Positions 19,567 to 29,861 are shown, counted from the first letter of the stretch. The stretch is 64,000 nucleotides of DNA from an uncultured Actinomycetota bacterium (GCA_963717585.1 CAVQWI010000004.1:16299-80298); one strand, 5' to 3'. The notes: generated by a model not told the origin, from the letters alone. Numbers and translations: made by a program.

Positions 19567-20592
19567 ATGGACTTCGGCGTCGTACTGCAGACCAACCCGC
19601 CCGCCGCGCGCACCATCCAGCTCGCCAAGCTCGCCGAGGCGCACGGATTCAACCACGTGTGGACCTTCGACTCGCACCTCCTCTGGGAGGAGCCGTACGT
19701 CATCCACTCGGCGATCCTGGCCGAGACCAAACGAGTCACGGTCGGGCCCTTCGTCACGAACCCGGCGACGCGCGACTGGACGGTGACGGCATCCGTCTTC
19801 GCCACGCTCAACGAGATGTACGGCAACCGCACCATCTGCGGGATCGGCCGCGGCGACTCAGCCGTCCGGGTCACCAACGGCAAGCCGGTGTCGATGAGCG
19901 AGCTGCGACAGTCGATCCACGTCATCCGCGAACTCGCCAACTCCCGCCCCGTCGAGTACAACGGCGCCACACTGCAGTTCCCGTGGAGCAGGGGATCGAA
20001 GCTGGACGTGTGGGTGGCCGCCTACGGGCCGCTCGCGCTCAAGCTCACCGGCGAGGTCGGCGACGGATTCATCCTCCAGCTGGCCGACCTCGACGTCGCG
20101 GCCTGGATGATCAAGACCGTCCGGCAGGCGGCCGAGAACGTCGGCCGCGACCCGGACTCGATCGCGTTCTGCGTCGCCGCGCCGATGTACATCGGCGAGG
20201 ACTGGGAGCACATGCGCAACCAGTGCCGCTGGTTCGGCGGGATGGTCGGCAACCACGTCGCCGACATCGTCGCCAAGTACGGCCACCACGCCGACGAGAG
20301 CGGAGTGCCGGCCGAGCTGATCGACTACATCGAGGGACGTGTCGGGTACGACTACAACACGCACGGCAAGGCCGACAACGACCATGTCGACTTCGTGCCG
20401 GACGAGATCATCGACCGGTTCTGCATCCTCGGCAGCGCGCAGGAGCACATCGCCAAGCTCGAGAAGCTCCGCGAGATCGGCGTGACGCAGTTCGCCGGCT
20501 ACCTCCAGCACGACAACAAGGAGGAGACGCTGCGCGTCTACGGCGAGACCGTCATCCCGGCACTCTCCGAGCACGTGACGGCCAAGACATGA
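19567..20592 (+). CDS. LLM-class oxidoreductase, probably F420-dependent (TIGR03842-like)
   Basis: MDFGVVLQT, WTFDSH.LW.EP, VTNPATRD, GIGRGDSA; hydA neighbourhood. Confidence 0.85.
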   Translation: MDFGVVLQTNPPAARTIQLAKLAEAHGFNHVWTFDSHLLWEEPYVIHSAILAETKRVTVGPFVTNPATRDWTVTASVFATLNEMYGNRTICGIGRGDSAVRVTNGKPVSMSELRQSIHVIRELANSRPVEYNGATLQFPWSRGSKLDVWVAAYGPLALKLTGEVGDGFILQLADLDVAAWMIKTVRQAAENVGRDPDSIAFCVAAPMYIGEDWEHMRNQCRWFGGMVGNHVADIVAKYGHHADESGVPAELIDYIEGRVGYDYNTHGKADNDHVDFVPDEIIDRFCILGSAQEHIAKLEKLREIGVTQFAGYLQHDNKEETLRVYGETVIPALSEHVTAKT

Positions 20593-21530
20593 CGACGACC
20601 CTCGACCCCATCCGCGAGCAGCCGGCCTCGCCGACGCGCGCGAAGACGGTGCGGACCGGAAAGCCGCGCGCGCTGTCGGCGTGGGGCTGGGGCGCTGTCG
20701 GGATCGTGCTCCTGGCCATCGTCTGGGAGCTGTACAAGTTCCTCGGCCCACCGGATGGCGTGGTCATCGGAGGGACGCGCGTTCTGCCGCGCACGACCGA
20801 CCTGGCGATGCCGCACGTCTGGGACATGATCGCCCGACTGCTCGCGCCGGTGACACGCGCCGAGGGCTCGCCGCCGCTGTGGGGCATGATCGCCATCGCG
20901 GCGCTGACCACTCTCGGCATCGCGGCGGTCGGCTGGCTCGTCGGGTTGGTGGTCGGCATCGCCCTTGCTCTGGTCATGCAGCGCTGGCGCCTCGTCGAGT
21001 GGGGCCTGCTGCCCTGGATCATCCTCAGCCAGACCGTCCCGCTCATCGCGTTCGCCCCGATCGTGAAGAGCTGGGGCTCGCGGATCGAGATCGGCGGCGT
21101 CGAATGGCAGGACTGGATGTCGGTCGCGCTCATCGCCTCCTACCTCGCCTTCTTCCCGATCGCCGTCGGTGCACTGCGCGGCCTGCAGTCACCCGACCGG
21201 ATCCACACCGAGCTGATGCACACCTACGCCGCCGGATACTGGCCGACGCTGATGCGACTCCGGTTCCCGGCATCCGTCCCCTACCTGCTCCCCGCGTTGC
21301 GCCTCGGCGCGGCCAACGCGGTCATCGGCGCCGTGGTCGCCGAGGTCTCGACCGGCCTGCAGGGCGGCATCGGGCGCCTCCTGATCCAGTTCGCGGGGCA
21401 GGCGTCGGGCGACCCGTCCAAGGCGTGGGCGCCCATCTTCGGTGCGATCGCCCTGGGGCTCGTCGCCGCCGGGTCGGTGGCGATGCTCGGACTGCTGTTG
21501 AAGGACTACCGACGAGGAGAGGCGACCTGA
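20589..21530 (+). CDS. ABC transporter permease (NitT/TauT family)
   Basis: SQTVPLIAFAP, LRFPASVPYL, AVVAE. Confidence 0.9.
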   Translation: MTTTLDPIREQPASPTRAKTVRTGKPRALSAWGWGAVGIVLLAIVWELYKFLGPPDGVVIGGTRVLPRTTDLAMPHVWDMIARLLAPVTRAEGSPPLWGMIAIAALTTLGIAAVGWLVGLVVGIALALVMQRWRLVEWGLLPWIILSQTVPLIAFAPIVKSWGSRIEIGGVEWQDWMSVALIASYLAFFPIAVGALRGLQSPDRIHTELMHTYAAGYWPTLMRLRFPASVPYLLPALRLGAANAVIGAVVAEVSTGLQGGIGRLLIQFAGQASGDPSKAWAPIFGAIALGLVAAGSVAMLGLLLKDYRRGEAT

Positions 21531-22372
21531 TGGCCGTTCGAGAGCCGGGGATCGGATCCGAGCAGGCGCGCGACACGGCCTCCGTGACCGTGCGTGGCGT
21601 GAGCAAGCGGTTCGCCACCAAGACGGGCGACGTCAGCGCGCTCGAGAGCATCGACCTGACCGTCGCAGAGGGCGAGTTCGTCTCGCTGATCGGCCCGTCC
21701 GGCTGCGGCAAATCCACCCTGCTGCGTCTCATCGCCGACCTCGACGCCCCCACGGCGGGCACGGTGGAGGTCTTCGGCAAGCCGGCGACGCGGGCGCGCC
21801 GCGACCAGGACTACGGCATCGCGTTCCAGCAGGCCGGGCTGCTCCCCTGGCGGACCGTCTCCGCCAACATCGCGCTCCCGCTCGAGCTGCACGGAGTCGG
21901 CGGCGCCGAACGACGGGCACGCGTGGCCGAGCTCGCGGAGCTCGTGGGCCTCACCGACTTCGCCGACCGGCATCCTGACCAGCTGTCCGGCGGCATGCAG
22001 CAGCGCGTCGCGATCGCGCGAGCGCTCGCCGAGCGGCCGCGCCTGCTGCTGATGGACGAGCCGTTCGGGGCGCTCGACGAGATGACCCGCGAGCGCATGC
22101 AGACCGAGCTTTCGCGCATCGCGGCCGAGACCGGCGCTGCCGTGGTGTTCGTCACCCACTCGATCCCCGAGGCGGTCTTCCTGTCGGACCGCGTCGTGGT
22201 GATGTCGCCTCGACCCGGCCGGATCACCGAGATCATCGAGACCGGATTCGGGAAGGATGTCGCGCGCGACGAGTCGCTGCGCGAAGCCCCATCGTTCTTC
22301 GACCGGGTGACGGCCGTGCGCGAAGCCCTCCACGGCACGCCGGTGCCGACCACCGGCCGGGAGGAGCGATGA
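21530..22372 (+). CDS. ABC transporter ATP-binding protein (NitT/TauT family)
   Basis: GPSGCGKS, LSGGMQQR, MDEPFGALD. Confidence 0.95.
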   Translation: MAVREPGIGSEQARDTASVTVRGVSKRFATKTGDVSALESIDLTVAEGEFVSLIGPSGCGKSTLLRLIADLDAPTAGTVEVFGKPATRARRDQDYGIAFQQAGLLPWRTVSANIALPLELHGVGGAERRARVAELAELVGLTDFADRHPDQLSGGMQQRVAIARALAERPRLLLMDEPFGALDEMTRERMQTELSRIAAETGAAVVFVTHSIPEAVFLSDRVVVMSPRPGRITEIIETGFGKDVARDESLREAPSFFDRVTAVREALHGTPVPTTGREER

Positions 22373-23217
22373 CGACCGTCGACCAGGCGCGCGGACCGGC
22401 CGTCGAGCCTGTTCCGCCCGCCGCTCGGGCGCCGGGATGGAGCCCGGCGACCGAGAGTCGCCTGCGGATCATCGCGCCCATCGCGGTGGGTCTGCTCGGG
22501 CTCGGCATCTGGCAGTTCCTGGTCAGCGTCGTCGGTGTGTCGGACTACCTGCTTCCGAGCCCGGCGGCGATCGCGCAGCAGTTCGCCGAATTCGGACCCG
22601 CCATCTGGCAGGCGGCACTGATCACCGGGACGAACGCGCTGGTCGGCCTCGTCGTCGGAACGATCCTCGCGATCCTGCTCGCCGCGCTCGCGGCGCGCTG
22701 GCACGCGATCGACGGGATGTCGGCGCCGATCGTCGCTGCGCTCGCGGTCGTTCCGATCGTCGCCCTCGCCCCGGTGCTCAACTCGATGTTCGGCGCCGAC
22801 AGCCAGTTCGGCCGGCAGGCCATCGCCGCGCTGGCATCGTTCGTGCCGGTCTTCCTCAACACCTTCCGCGGGCTCCGTCAGACGCGTCCGGTGCATCGCG
22901 ATCTCATGCGCAGCTACGCGGCCAGCGGAGCGCAGTCCTTCCGCACGGTGACTTTTCCGACCGCACTGCCCTACCTGCTCACGGGCGTGCGGATCGCCAG
23001 CTCGCTCGCGGTGATCTCCGCGCTGGTTGCCGAGTACTTCGGCGGCCCGCGCGGTGGCCTCGGAAGTGCGATCTCCACCTCAGCCGCGACGAGCGCATAC
23101 GCCCGCGCCTGGGCGTACGTGGTGGCCGCGATCGTCGTCGGCCTGATCTTCTACCTCGCGACGGCGCTCATCGAGCGTCTCGTGCTCCGCCGCATCCCGG
23201 TCGGAGGTGCGCAATGA
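22369..23217 (+). CDS. ABC transporter permease (NitT/TauT family)
   Basis: LLPSP, VPIVALAP, FPTALPYL, LVAEYFG. Confidence 0.9.
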   Translation: MTTVDQARGPAVEPVPPAARAPGWSPATESRLRIIAPIAVGLLGLGIWQFLVSVVGVSDYLLPSPAAIAQQFAEFGPAIWQAALITGTNALVGLVVGTILAILLAALAARWHAIDGMSAPIVAALAVVPIVALAPVLNSMFGADSQFGRQAIAALASFVPVFLNTFRGLRQTRPVHRDLMRSYAASGAQSFRTVTFPTALPYLLTGVRIASSLAVISALVAEYFGGPRGGLGSAISTSAATSAYARAWAYVVAAIVVGLIFYLATALIERLVLRRIPVGGAQ

Positions 23218-23317
23218 CGCGCATCACCCGGGATGCGACGGTCCGTCGTCCTCGCCTCGCGAGGCCGGTCCCGCAACACCGCACCGAATGCCCGCAAGGG
23301 AACCCGAAAGGATCGAC

Positions 23318-24478
23318 ATGAGACACAGCACACGTCGCGGACTCGCGACAGGCGCGTTCGCCCTGTCGGCGGCACTTCTCCTGGCCGCCTGCTCCGGCGG
23401 GGGCGGCACCGCGCCGACCTCCGACGATGACGAAGGCGGCGGGGAGCTGACCCAGGTCAAGCTCCAGCTGCAGTGGCTGCCGCAGGCGCAGTTCGCCGGC
23501 TACTTCGCCGCCGTCGACCAGGGCTACTTCGAGGAGGAGGGCCTGGAGGTCGAGATCATCCCCTCGGGCGGCGACATCGTGCCGCAGGACGCCCTCGCCA
23601 ACGGCGACGTCGACTTCGCGATCGCCTGGGTGCCGAAGGTGCTCGGCTCGATCGAGGCGGGCGCGAACCTCACCGACATCGCGCAGATCTTCCAGCGCTC
23701 CGGCACCCTCCAGGTGTCGTGGGCGGACTCGGGCATCGACTCCGTCGCCGACTTCGAAGGCAAGAAGATCGGATCCTGGGGCTTCGGCAACGAATGGGAG
23801 ATCTTCGCCGCGATGGCGGCCGAAGACCTCGACGCGACGACCGTCCAGATCATCACGCAGGACTTCAACATGAACGCCTTCCTGCAGGGCGACATCGACG
23901 CGGCGCAGGCGATGACCTACAACGAGTACGCGCAGCTCCTGGAGACCACCGATCCCGAGACCGGCGAGCTCTACCAGCCGGAGGATTTCAACGTCATCAG
24001 CTACCAGGACACCGTCGGCGCGATGCTGCAGGACGCGATCTGGGCCGACACCGAGCGGCTCGAGTCCGATGAGGAGTACGCCGACACGGCCGTGTCGCTG
24101 CTGAAGGCGGTCATCAAGGGCTGGATCTTCTCGCGCGACAACGCCGAGGACGCCGCGGAGATCACCCTCGCCTCCGGCTCCGGCTGGGGCCCGAGCCATG
24201 AGCTGTGGATGATGAACGAGGTCAACAAGCTCATCTGGCCCGCACCGGACGGCATCGGCATCATCGACGAGACGGCCTGGAACCAGACCGTCGAGGGCGC
24301 TCTGGCCGCCGTCAACGAGACCGGCGCACGTCTGATCACGAAGGAGCCGCCGGCGACCGCGTACAGCAACGACTACATCCAGGAGGCGCTGGACGAGCTC
24401 GCGGAGGATGGCGACATCGACCTGCTGGGCGAGGAGTTCACCCCGTTGGAGGTCGAGCTGCAGGAGGGCGGCAACTAG
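23318..24478 (+). CDS. ABC transporter substrate-binding lipoprotein (NMT1/THI5-like)
   Basis: Lipobox LAAC; LQWLPQAQFAGYFAA; GAAAGGA RBS. Confidence 0.9.
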   Translation: MRHSTRRGLATGAFALSAALLLAACSGGGGTAPTSDDDEGGGELTQVKLQLQWLPQAQFAGYFAAVDQGYFEEEGLEVEIIPSGGDIVPQDALANGDVDFAIAWVPKVLGSIEAGANLTDIAQIFQRSGTLQVSWADSGIDSVADFEGKKIGSWGFGNEWEIFAAMAAEDLDATTVQIITQDFNMNAFLQGDIDAAQAMTYNEYAQLLETTDPETGELYQPEDFNVISYQDTVGAMLQDAIWADTERLESDEEYADTAVSLLKAVIKGWIFSRDNAEDAAEITLASGSGWGPSHELWMMNEVNKLIWPAPDGIGIIDETAWNQTVEGALAAVNETGARLITKEPPATAYSNDYIQEALDELAEDGDIDLLGEEFTPLEVELQEGGN

Positions 24479-24546
24479 CCGCCGCCGTCCGGTCCGACCG
24501 CCGCGGTCCCCGAGCACGTCGAAGGGTCGGCCCCTCGACGAGCCCG

Positions 24547-24607
24547 GGGACCGCATGGGCGGGTCGCGGGCCGCCTGGCGGGTCGGGGACCGCATGGGCG
24601 GGTCGCG
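24547..24607. repeat. Direct repeat GGGGACCGCATGGGCGGGTCGCG, two copies
   Basis: Copies at about 24547 and 24585 in the intergenic region. Confidence 0.8.
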
Positions 24608-24754
24608 CGCCGCGCGCGGCCCGGGGCCGGACGCTTCGACGGAGTGCGCACCCGGATCAGAACAGTCCGTGGCTTGACCCCAGGTGCGGGAGCGACGAGC
24701 GTAGCGAGGAGACGATCGCGCGACGATCGCGCCACGCGAAGGGAACCGCACGCC

Positions 24755-26071
24755 ATGACCGACGAAGACCTGGATGCACAGGCGAAGGCGCTCGATCGCG
24801 AGTTCGTATTCCACTCCTGGCTGGCGCAGGCCGACCTCGACCTTCCCGTGATCGCCGGCGGCGCGGGCGCGACGGTCTGGGATCACGCGGGCAACCGGAT
24901 GCTGGACTTCGCGAGCCAGCTCGTCAACGTCAACATCGGGCACCAGCATCCCGCGCTCGTGAAGGCGATCCAGGAGCAGGCGGCCGCCCTCGCGACGATC
25001 GGCCCGGCCACGGCGAACCTGACCCGCGGGCAGGCGGCCGAGCGCATCATCGACAAGGCGCCGGGCGGCTTCGCGAAGGTGTTCTTCACCAACGGCGGCG
25101 CCGACGCCAACGAGAACGCCATCCGCATGGCACGCCTGCACACCGGACGCGACACGGTCCTGTCGACGTACCGCTCGTACCACGGCAACACGGGAGCCGC
25201 GATCGTCGCGACCGGCGACTGGCGTCGGATGCCGAACCAGTACGCCCGTGGGCACGCGCACTTCTTCGGCCCGTACCTCTACCGCAGCGAGTTCTGGGCG
25301 ACGACGCCGGAGGAGGAGTCCGCGCGCGCCCTGCACCACCTCGAGCGCGTGATCCTGTCCGAAGGGTCGGCCACGATCGCGGCGATCCTGCTCGAGTCTG
25401 TGCCCGGGACCGCGGGCATCCTCCTCCCGCCTCCGGGCTACCTCGCGGGGGTCCGCCAGCTCTGCGACCGCTACGGCATCATGCTGATCCTCGACGAGGT
25501 GATGGCGGGATTCGGCCGCACCGGGCGCTGGTTCGCCTTCGAGGGGTACGACGTCGTGCCGGACCTCATCACCTTCGCCAAGGGTGTGAACTCGGGCTAC
25601 GTTCCGGTCGGCGGCGTCATCATCTCGGACGAGATCTCGACCACCTTCGATGACCGCGTCTTCCCCGGTGGTCTGACCTATTCCGGTCACCCGCTGGCCG
25701 CGGCATCCATCATCGCCTCGATCGCCGCGATGGAGGCCGAGGGGATCGTCGAGCACGCGCGCTCCATCGGTGCGGACGTCATCGGGCCCGGGCTGGCCGA
25801 GCTCGAGCAGAAGCATCCGCTCATCGGCGAGGTGCGCGGCGAAGGCGTGTTCTGGGCCATGGAGCTCGTCGCCGATCGCTCCACCCGCGAACCGGTCGCG
25901 CCGTCCGTCATCGGGCAGCTGAAGCAGGAGCTCACCGCGCGCGGACTGGTGCCGTTCGCCGCCGAGAACCGGATCCATGTGGTGCCGCCGTGCGTCGTGA
26001 CCGGTGACGAGGTCGCGCAGGCGATGTCCATCTACGACGAGGCCCTCACCGCTGTGGAGGCCGCCGGCTGA
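24755..26071 (+). CDS. Class III aminotransferase (probably acting on beta-alanine or another omega-amino acid)
   Basis: SYHG, DEVMAGFGRTG, TFAKG; substrate inferred from context. Confidence 0.85.
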   Translation: MTDEDLDAQAKALDREFVFHSWLAQADLDLPVIAGGAGATVWDHAGNRMLDFASQLVNVNIGHQHPALVKAIQEQAAALATIGPATANLTRGQAAERIIDKAPGGFAKVFFTNGGADANENAIRMARLHTGRDTVLSTYRSYHGNTGAAIVATGDWRRMPNQYARGHAHFFGPYLYRSEFWATTPEEESARALHHLERVILSEGSATIAAILLESVPGTAGILLPPPGYLAGVRQLCDRYGIMLILDEVMAGFGRTGRWFAFEGYDVVPDLITFAKGVNSGYVPVGGVIISDEISTTFDDRVFPGGLTYSGHPLAAASIIASIAAMEAEGIVEHARSIGADVIGPGLAELEQKHPLIGEVRGEGVFWAMELVADRSTREPVAPSVIGQLKQELTARGLVPFAAENRIHVVPPCVVTGDEVAQAMSIYDEALTAVEAAG

Positions 26072-26161
26072 CGATCCCCCGGCACGGGCGGCCCTACCGG
26101 GTTGGCCGACCGCGACTTACCCTGGAAAGACACGTGCCCACGAGGCGGAAGAAGGAAGACC

Positions 26162-27694
26162 ATGACCGACACCACCACACTCGAAGAGACGACGGAGTCC
26201 GCGACCGCGGTCGTTGACCACTGGGTCGACGGCAAAGGCTGGGCCGGCGCATCCAGCCGCACCGCTCCCGTCTACAACCCCGCCTGGGGGAAGGTGCAGC
26301 GCGAGGTGCGGCTCGCCTCGACCGCCGATGTCGATGAGGCCGTCGCCTCCGCCACCGCGGCATGGGGGCAGTGGCGCGACGCCAGCATCGCGAAGCGCCA
26401 GACGGTGCTGTTCAACTTCCGAGAGCTGCTGAACGCCCGCAAGCAGGAGCTGGCGGAGATCCTCACCTCCGAGCACGGCAAGGTGCTCTCCGACGCGCTC
26501 GGCGAGATCGCGCGCGGCATGGAGGTCGTCGAGTTCGCCTGTGGGCTCGGGCACCTCACCAAGGGCGCGTACTCCGAGAACGTGTCCACCGGCATCGACG
26601 TGTACACGCTCCGCCAGCCCATCGGAGTCGTGGGGATCATCAGCCCCTTCAACTTCCCGGCGATGGTGCCGCTGTGGTTCTTCTCGATCGCACTCGCGGC
26701 CGGCAACGCCGTCATCCTCAAGCCCTCGGAGAAGGACCCGAGCGCGGCGAACTGGATGGCCGCGCTGCTGACGGAGGCGGGACTGCCCGATGGCGTCCTC
26801 AACGTCGTCCACGGCGACAAGGAGGCCGTCGACGCGCTGCTGGAGCACCCCGACGTCAGGGCTATCTCGTTCGTCGGTTCCACGCCGATCGCGCGGTACG
26901 TCTACGAGACCGCGACAGGTCACGGCAAGCGGGTGCAGGCGCTCGGCGGCGCGAAGAACCACATGCTGGTGCTTCCGGATGCCGACCTCGACCTCGCCGC
27001 GGACGCGGCCGTCAACGCCGGATTCGGCTCGGCGGGCGAGCGCTGCATGGCCATCTCGGTCGTGCTCGCGGTCGACACGATCGCCGATGAGTTCGTCGAG
27101 AAGGTCAGCCAGCGCATGGGCACTCTTCGCACCGGCGACGGCACCCGCGGCTGCGACATGGGACCGCTGATCACCGAGGTGCACCGCGACAAGGTCGCCT
27201 CCTACATCGATGTGGCATCGACCGACGGAGCATCCGTCGTGGTGGATGGGCGCGATGTCGAGGTCGACGGCGACCCGGACGGCTTCTGGCTAGGACCCAC
27301 GCTGATCGACAAGGTGCCGACGTCGTCGTCGGTCTACCGCGACGAGATCTTCGGCCCGGTGCTGTCGGTCGTGCGCGTCGACGGCTACGAAGAGGGCCTC
27401 GGCATCATCAACGACAGCCTGTACGGCAACGGCACCGCCATCTTCACGAACGACGGCGGCGCCGCTCGGCGATTCCAGCGCGAGGTGCACGTCGGCATGA
27501 TCGGCATCAACGTGCCGATCCCGGTGCCGGTGGCGTACCACTCGTTCGGCGGGTGGAAGGCGTCGCTGTTCGGCGACGCCAAGGCGTACGGTCCGCACGG
27601 GTTCGACTTCTTCACCCAGGAGAAGGCAGTCACCTCCCGCTGGCTCGACCCGTCGCACGGCGGCTTGAACCTGGGCTTCCCGCAGCACGATTGA
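26162..27694 (+). CDS. mmsA: CoA-acylating (methyl)malonate-semialdehyde dehydrogenase
   Basis: PFNFPAM, ALGGAKNH, GSAGERCMA, GINVPIPVP. Confidence 0.92.
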   Translation: MTDTTTLEETTESATAVVDHWVDGKGWAGASSRTAPVYNPAWGKVQREVRLASTADVDEAVASATAAWGQWRDASIAKRQTVLFNFRELLNARKQELAEILTSEHGKVLSDALGEIARGMEVVEFACGLGHLTKGAYSENVSTGIDVYTLRQPIGVVGIISPFNFPAMVPLWFFSIALAAGNAVILKPSEKDPSAANWMAALLTEAGLPDGVLNVVHGDKEAVDALLEHPDVRAISFVGSTPIARYVYETATGHGKRVQALGGAKNHMLVLPDADLDLAADAAVNAGFGSAGERCMAISVVLAVDTIADEFVEKVSQRMGTLRTGDGTRGCDMGPLITEVHRDKVASYIDVASTDGASVVVDGRDVEVDGDPDGFWLGPTLIDKVPTSSSVYRDEIFGPVLSVVRVDGYEEGLGIINDSLYGNGTAIFTNDGGAARRFQREVHVGMIGINVPIPVPVAYHSFGGWKASLFGDAKAYGPHGFDFFTQEKAVTSRWLDPSHGGLNLGFPQHD

Positions 27695-27750
27695 TACGAG
27701 CCGGGTCAATGCGCGCGCAGCGCGCGTTGATGCGGCTGCGTATCAAGGTC

Positions 27751-27790
27751 GTGTCTCGATACGCTCGCTGACGCTCGCTACTCGACAACC
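27751..27790. repeat. REP-like palindromic element
   Basis: GTGTCTCGATACGC-TCGCTGACGCTC-GCTACTCGACAACC between convergent genes; related copy at 28440. Confidence 0.7.
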
Positions 27791-27856
27791 GGGCGCGTAG
27801 CGCCGCATCGAGATCTCGAGGTCACCGAGCCGCCGGCGGCGGCATCCACGTGCGAG

Positions 27857-28309
27857 TCAGTCGTCGCCCAGCGCGATCGGCCGATTCTCATAGAACGTCT
27901 GCAGCACGACGGTCGTGCGGGTGCTCACGGACGCGGCGAGACGGATGTCGCGGATGAGCCCCTCGAGATCCCGAGGCGTCCCCACCCGGACGAAGAGGAT
28001 GTAGCTCGCATCGCCGGCGATGGAGTGGCACGCCTCGATGGCCGCGAGGTGCTCCAGCAGCTCCGGAGCGTTGTCGGGCTGGGACGGATCGAGCGGTGTG
28101 ATCTCGATGAATGCCGACAGCGACTTGCCGACCGCCTCGGGATCCAGGAGGGCCCGATAGCCGACGATGACGCCGGTGCTCTCCAGACGCCGCAGCCGCG
28201 CCTGCACGGCCGACACACCGAGCCCGACCTGTTCGGACAGCTGCGCCAGTGTGGCCCGTGGGTCGCGCGAGACCTCCGCCAGGATCGCCAAGTCGACAGG
28301 ATCGTCCAT
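27857..28309 (-). CDS. Lrp/AsnC family transcriptional regulator
   Basis: MDDPVDLAIL...HTH, GYRA, CHSIAGDASY. Confidence 0.92.
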   Translation of the reverse strand: MDDPVDLAILAEVSRDPRATLAQLSEQVGLGVSAVQARLRRLESTGVIVGYRALLDPEAVGKSLSAFIEITPLDPSQPDNAPELLEHLAAIEACHSIAGDASYILFVRVGTPRDLEGLIRDIRLAASVSTRTTVVLQTFYENRPIALGDD

Positions 28310-28382
28310 GACATGGAAGAATATCGGTTGATTCCGCAATCTGCCGGAATCTTTCCGTCTCTGCCTCGGATCGGAGGTTTCC

Positions 28383-29861
28383 ATGTCCCTCAGCCAGACG
28401 CCCCACGCCGGTGCGACCCAGGCCGTCGTCGGTGAACCCGTGCCTCGATACGCCCCTTCGGGGCTACTCGACAACCACGTCGAGGACGGGCGCGGTCGCG
28501 GGGTCGAGACGACGGGGGCCTGGCAGTCTCTGAAACAGGCGGCCACGAGCATGCAGCGGATCCAGGCGCAGGACGGCTCGATTCCGGATGCCGCCGACCA
28601 CGCGGCCGCGCGGCAGCATGTCGCGGCGATCGTGGAGGCGATCCGCACACTGTCGCCCTGGTTCCCGCACGACGCGGACTACCTCGCCGCGAGCGTCCGC
28701 GACTTCCAGCGCTGGGAGGCTGAGGCCTTCGGCGTCCCCGACTTCCTCGACTCCCTCGCCACCTTCCAGCCGCAGCAGCATCGTGTGGACGGCATCCGTC
28801 ATCTGGTCGTCTTCCCGATGTACACGCAGAACGGGTCGCGCGAGCGGCATGTCGAGGCGCTGATCGTCGAGGTCATCTGGCCGGAGTTCATCGCGCAGCT
28901 GGAGACGGAGTATGTCAACCGGCTCTTCGTCTCGCTGCGGCTCGTCGACTTCACGCCGGGTTACGACACGAACTCAGCGGTGCTCTTTCCCGAGACGGTC
29001 GCGATGCGGGAGATTCCGACCTTCACGTGGGGCGCGATCTTCCAGGATCGCGAAGCCGCCCGCTACCGCAGGGTCGTGCGCGCGGCATCCGAGATCACGA
29101 AGCTCGACCTCCCCGACGAAGCGGCGCGGATGCTGGACGACCAGGCGCTCGCCGAGAAGGCGTTCGTCATGTGGGACATCATCCACGACCGCACGCACAT
29201 GCGCGGCGACCTGCCGTTCGACCCGTTCATGATCAAGCAGCGGATGCCGTACTTCCTGTACTCGCTCGAGGAGCTGCGCTGCGATCTCACGGCGTTCCGC
29301 GAGTGCGTCGCGATCCTGAAGCGACTGCGCGAGCGGGTCGAGTCGGGTGCGCTGCTCTCGGACGCTGAGTCCGAGATGCTGGAGCACGCGCGTCTCGTGC
29401 AGTACGCGGTGATCTTCGACCGGATCTTCCGGTTCGCCATCACCGGCACGCGTGTGCGCAATTACGACGCGGTCGGCGGGCAGCTGCTGTTCGCCTGGCT
29501 GCACCAGCGAGGCGTGCTGCACTGGACCGACACGTCTCTCGCCTTCGACTGGGACGAGGTGCCCGCCGCGGTCGTGGCGCTGGGCGATGCGATCGACGAA
29601 CTGTACTGGCGCTCCATCGACCGCCCGAAGACGGCGCACTGGCTCGCCGCGTACGAGCTCGTGCGCACGACGTTGACGCCGAACCCTGCGTCCAGGTGGG
29701 CGCGCGGCCTGCCGGACGAGGTGCTCGCCGGCCCGCCGAAGGGCTACACCGACGAGGTGATGGACGACGAGTTCCCGCTGTCGATGTTCTTCGAAGCGCT
29801 CGAGAAGAAGATGCGTCCGGTGATCGAGTCCACGGCCGGCATCCGGGCTACGGATGCCTGA
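28383..29861 (+). CDS. DUF6421-like conserved actinobacterial protein
   Basis: FPMYTQNG, FTPGYDTNSAVLFPETV, HDRTH, EELRCD; GGAGG RBS; family recalled from memory. Confidence 0.75.
   Translation: MSLSQTPHAGATQAVVGEPVPRYAPSGLLDNHVEDGRGRGVETTGAWQSLKQAATSMQRIQAQDGSIPDAADHAAARQHVAAIVEAIRTLSPWFPHDADYLAASVRDFQRWEAEAFGVPDFLDSLATFQPQQHRVDGIRHLVVFPMYTQNGSRERHVEALIVEVIWPEFIAQLETEYVNRLFVSLRLVDFTPGYDTNSAVLFPETVAMREIPTFTWGAIFQDREAARYRRVVRAASEITKLDLPDEAARMLDDQALAEKAFVMWDIIHDRTHMRGDLPFDPFMIKQRMPYFLYSLEELRCDLTAFRECVAILKRLRERVESGALLSDAESEMLEHARLVQYAVIFDRIFRFAITGTRVRNYDAVGGQLLFAWLHQRGVLHWTDTSLAFDWDEVPAAVVALGDAIDELYWRSIDRPKTAHWLAAYELVRTTLTPNPASRWARGLPDEVLAGPPKGYTDEVMDDEFPLSMFFEALEKKMRPVIESTAGIRATDA
28440..28476. 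repeat. REP-like element inside the coding sequence
   Basis: GTGCCTCGATACGC-CCCTTCGGG-GCTACTCGACAACC has the same arms as 27751-27790. Confidence 0.75.
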
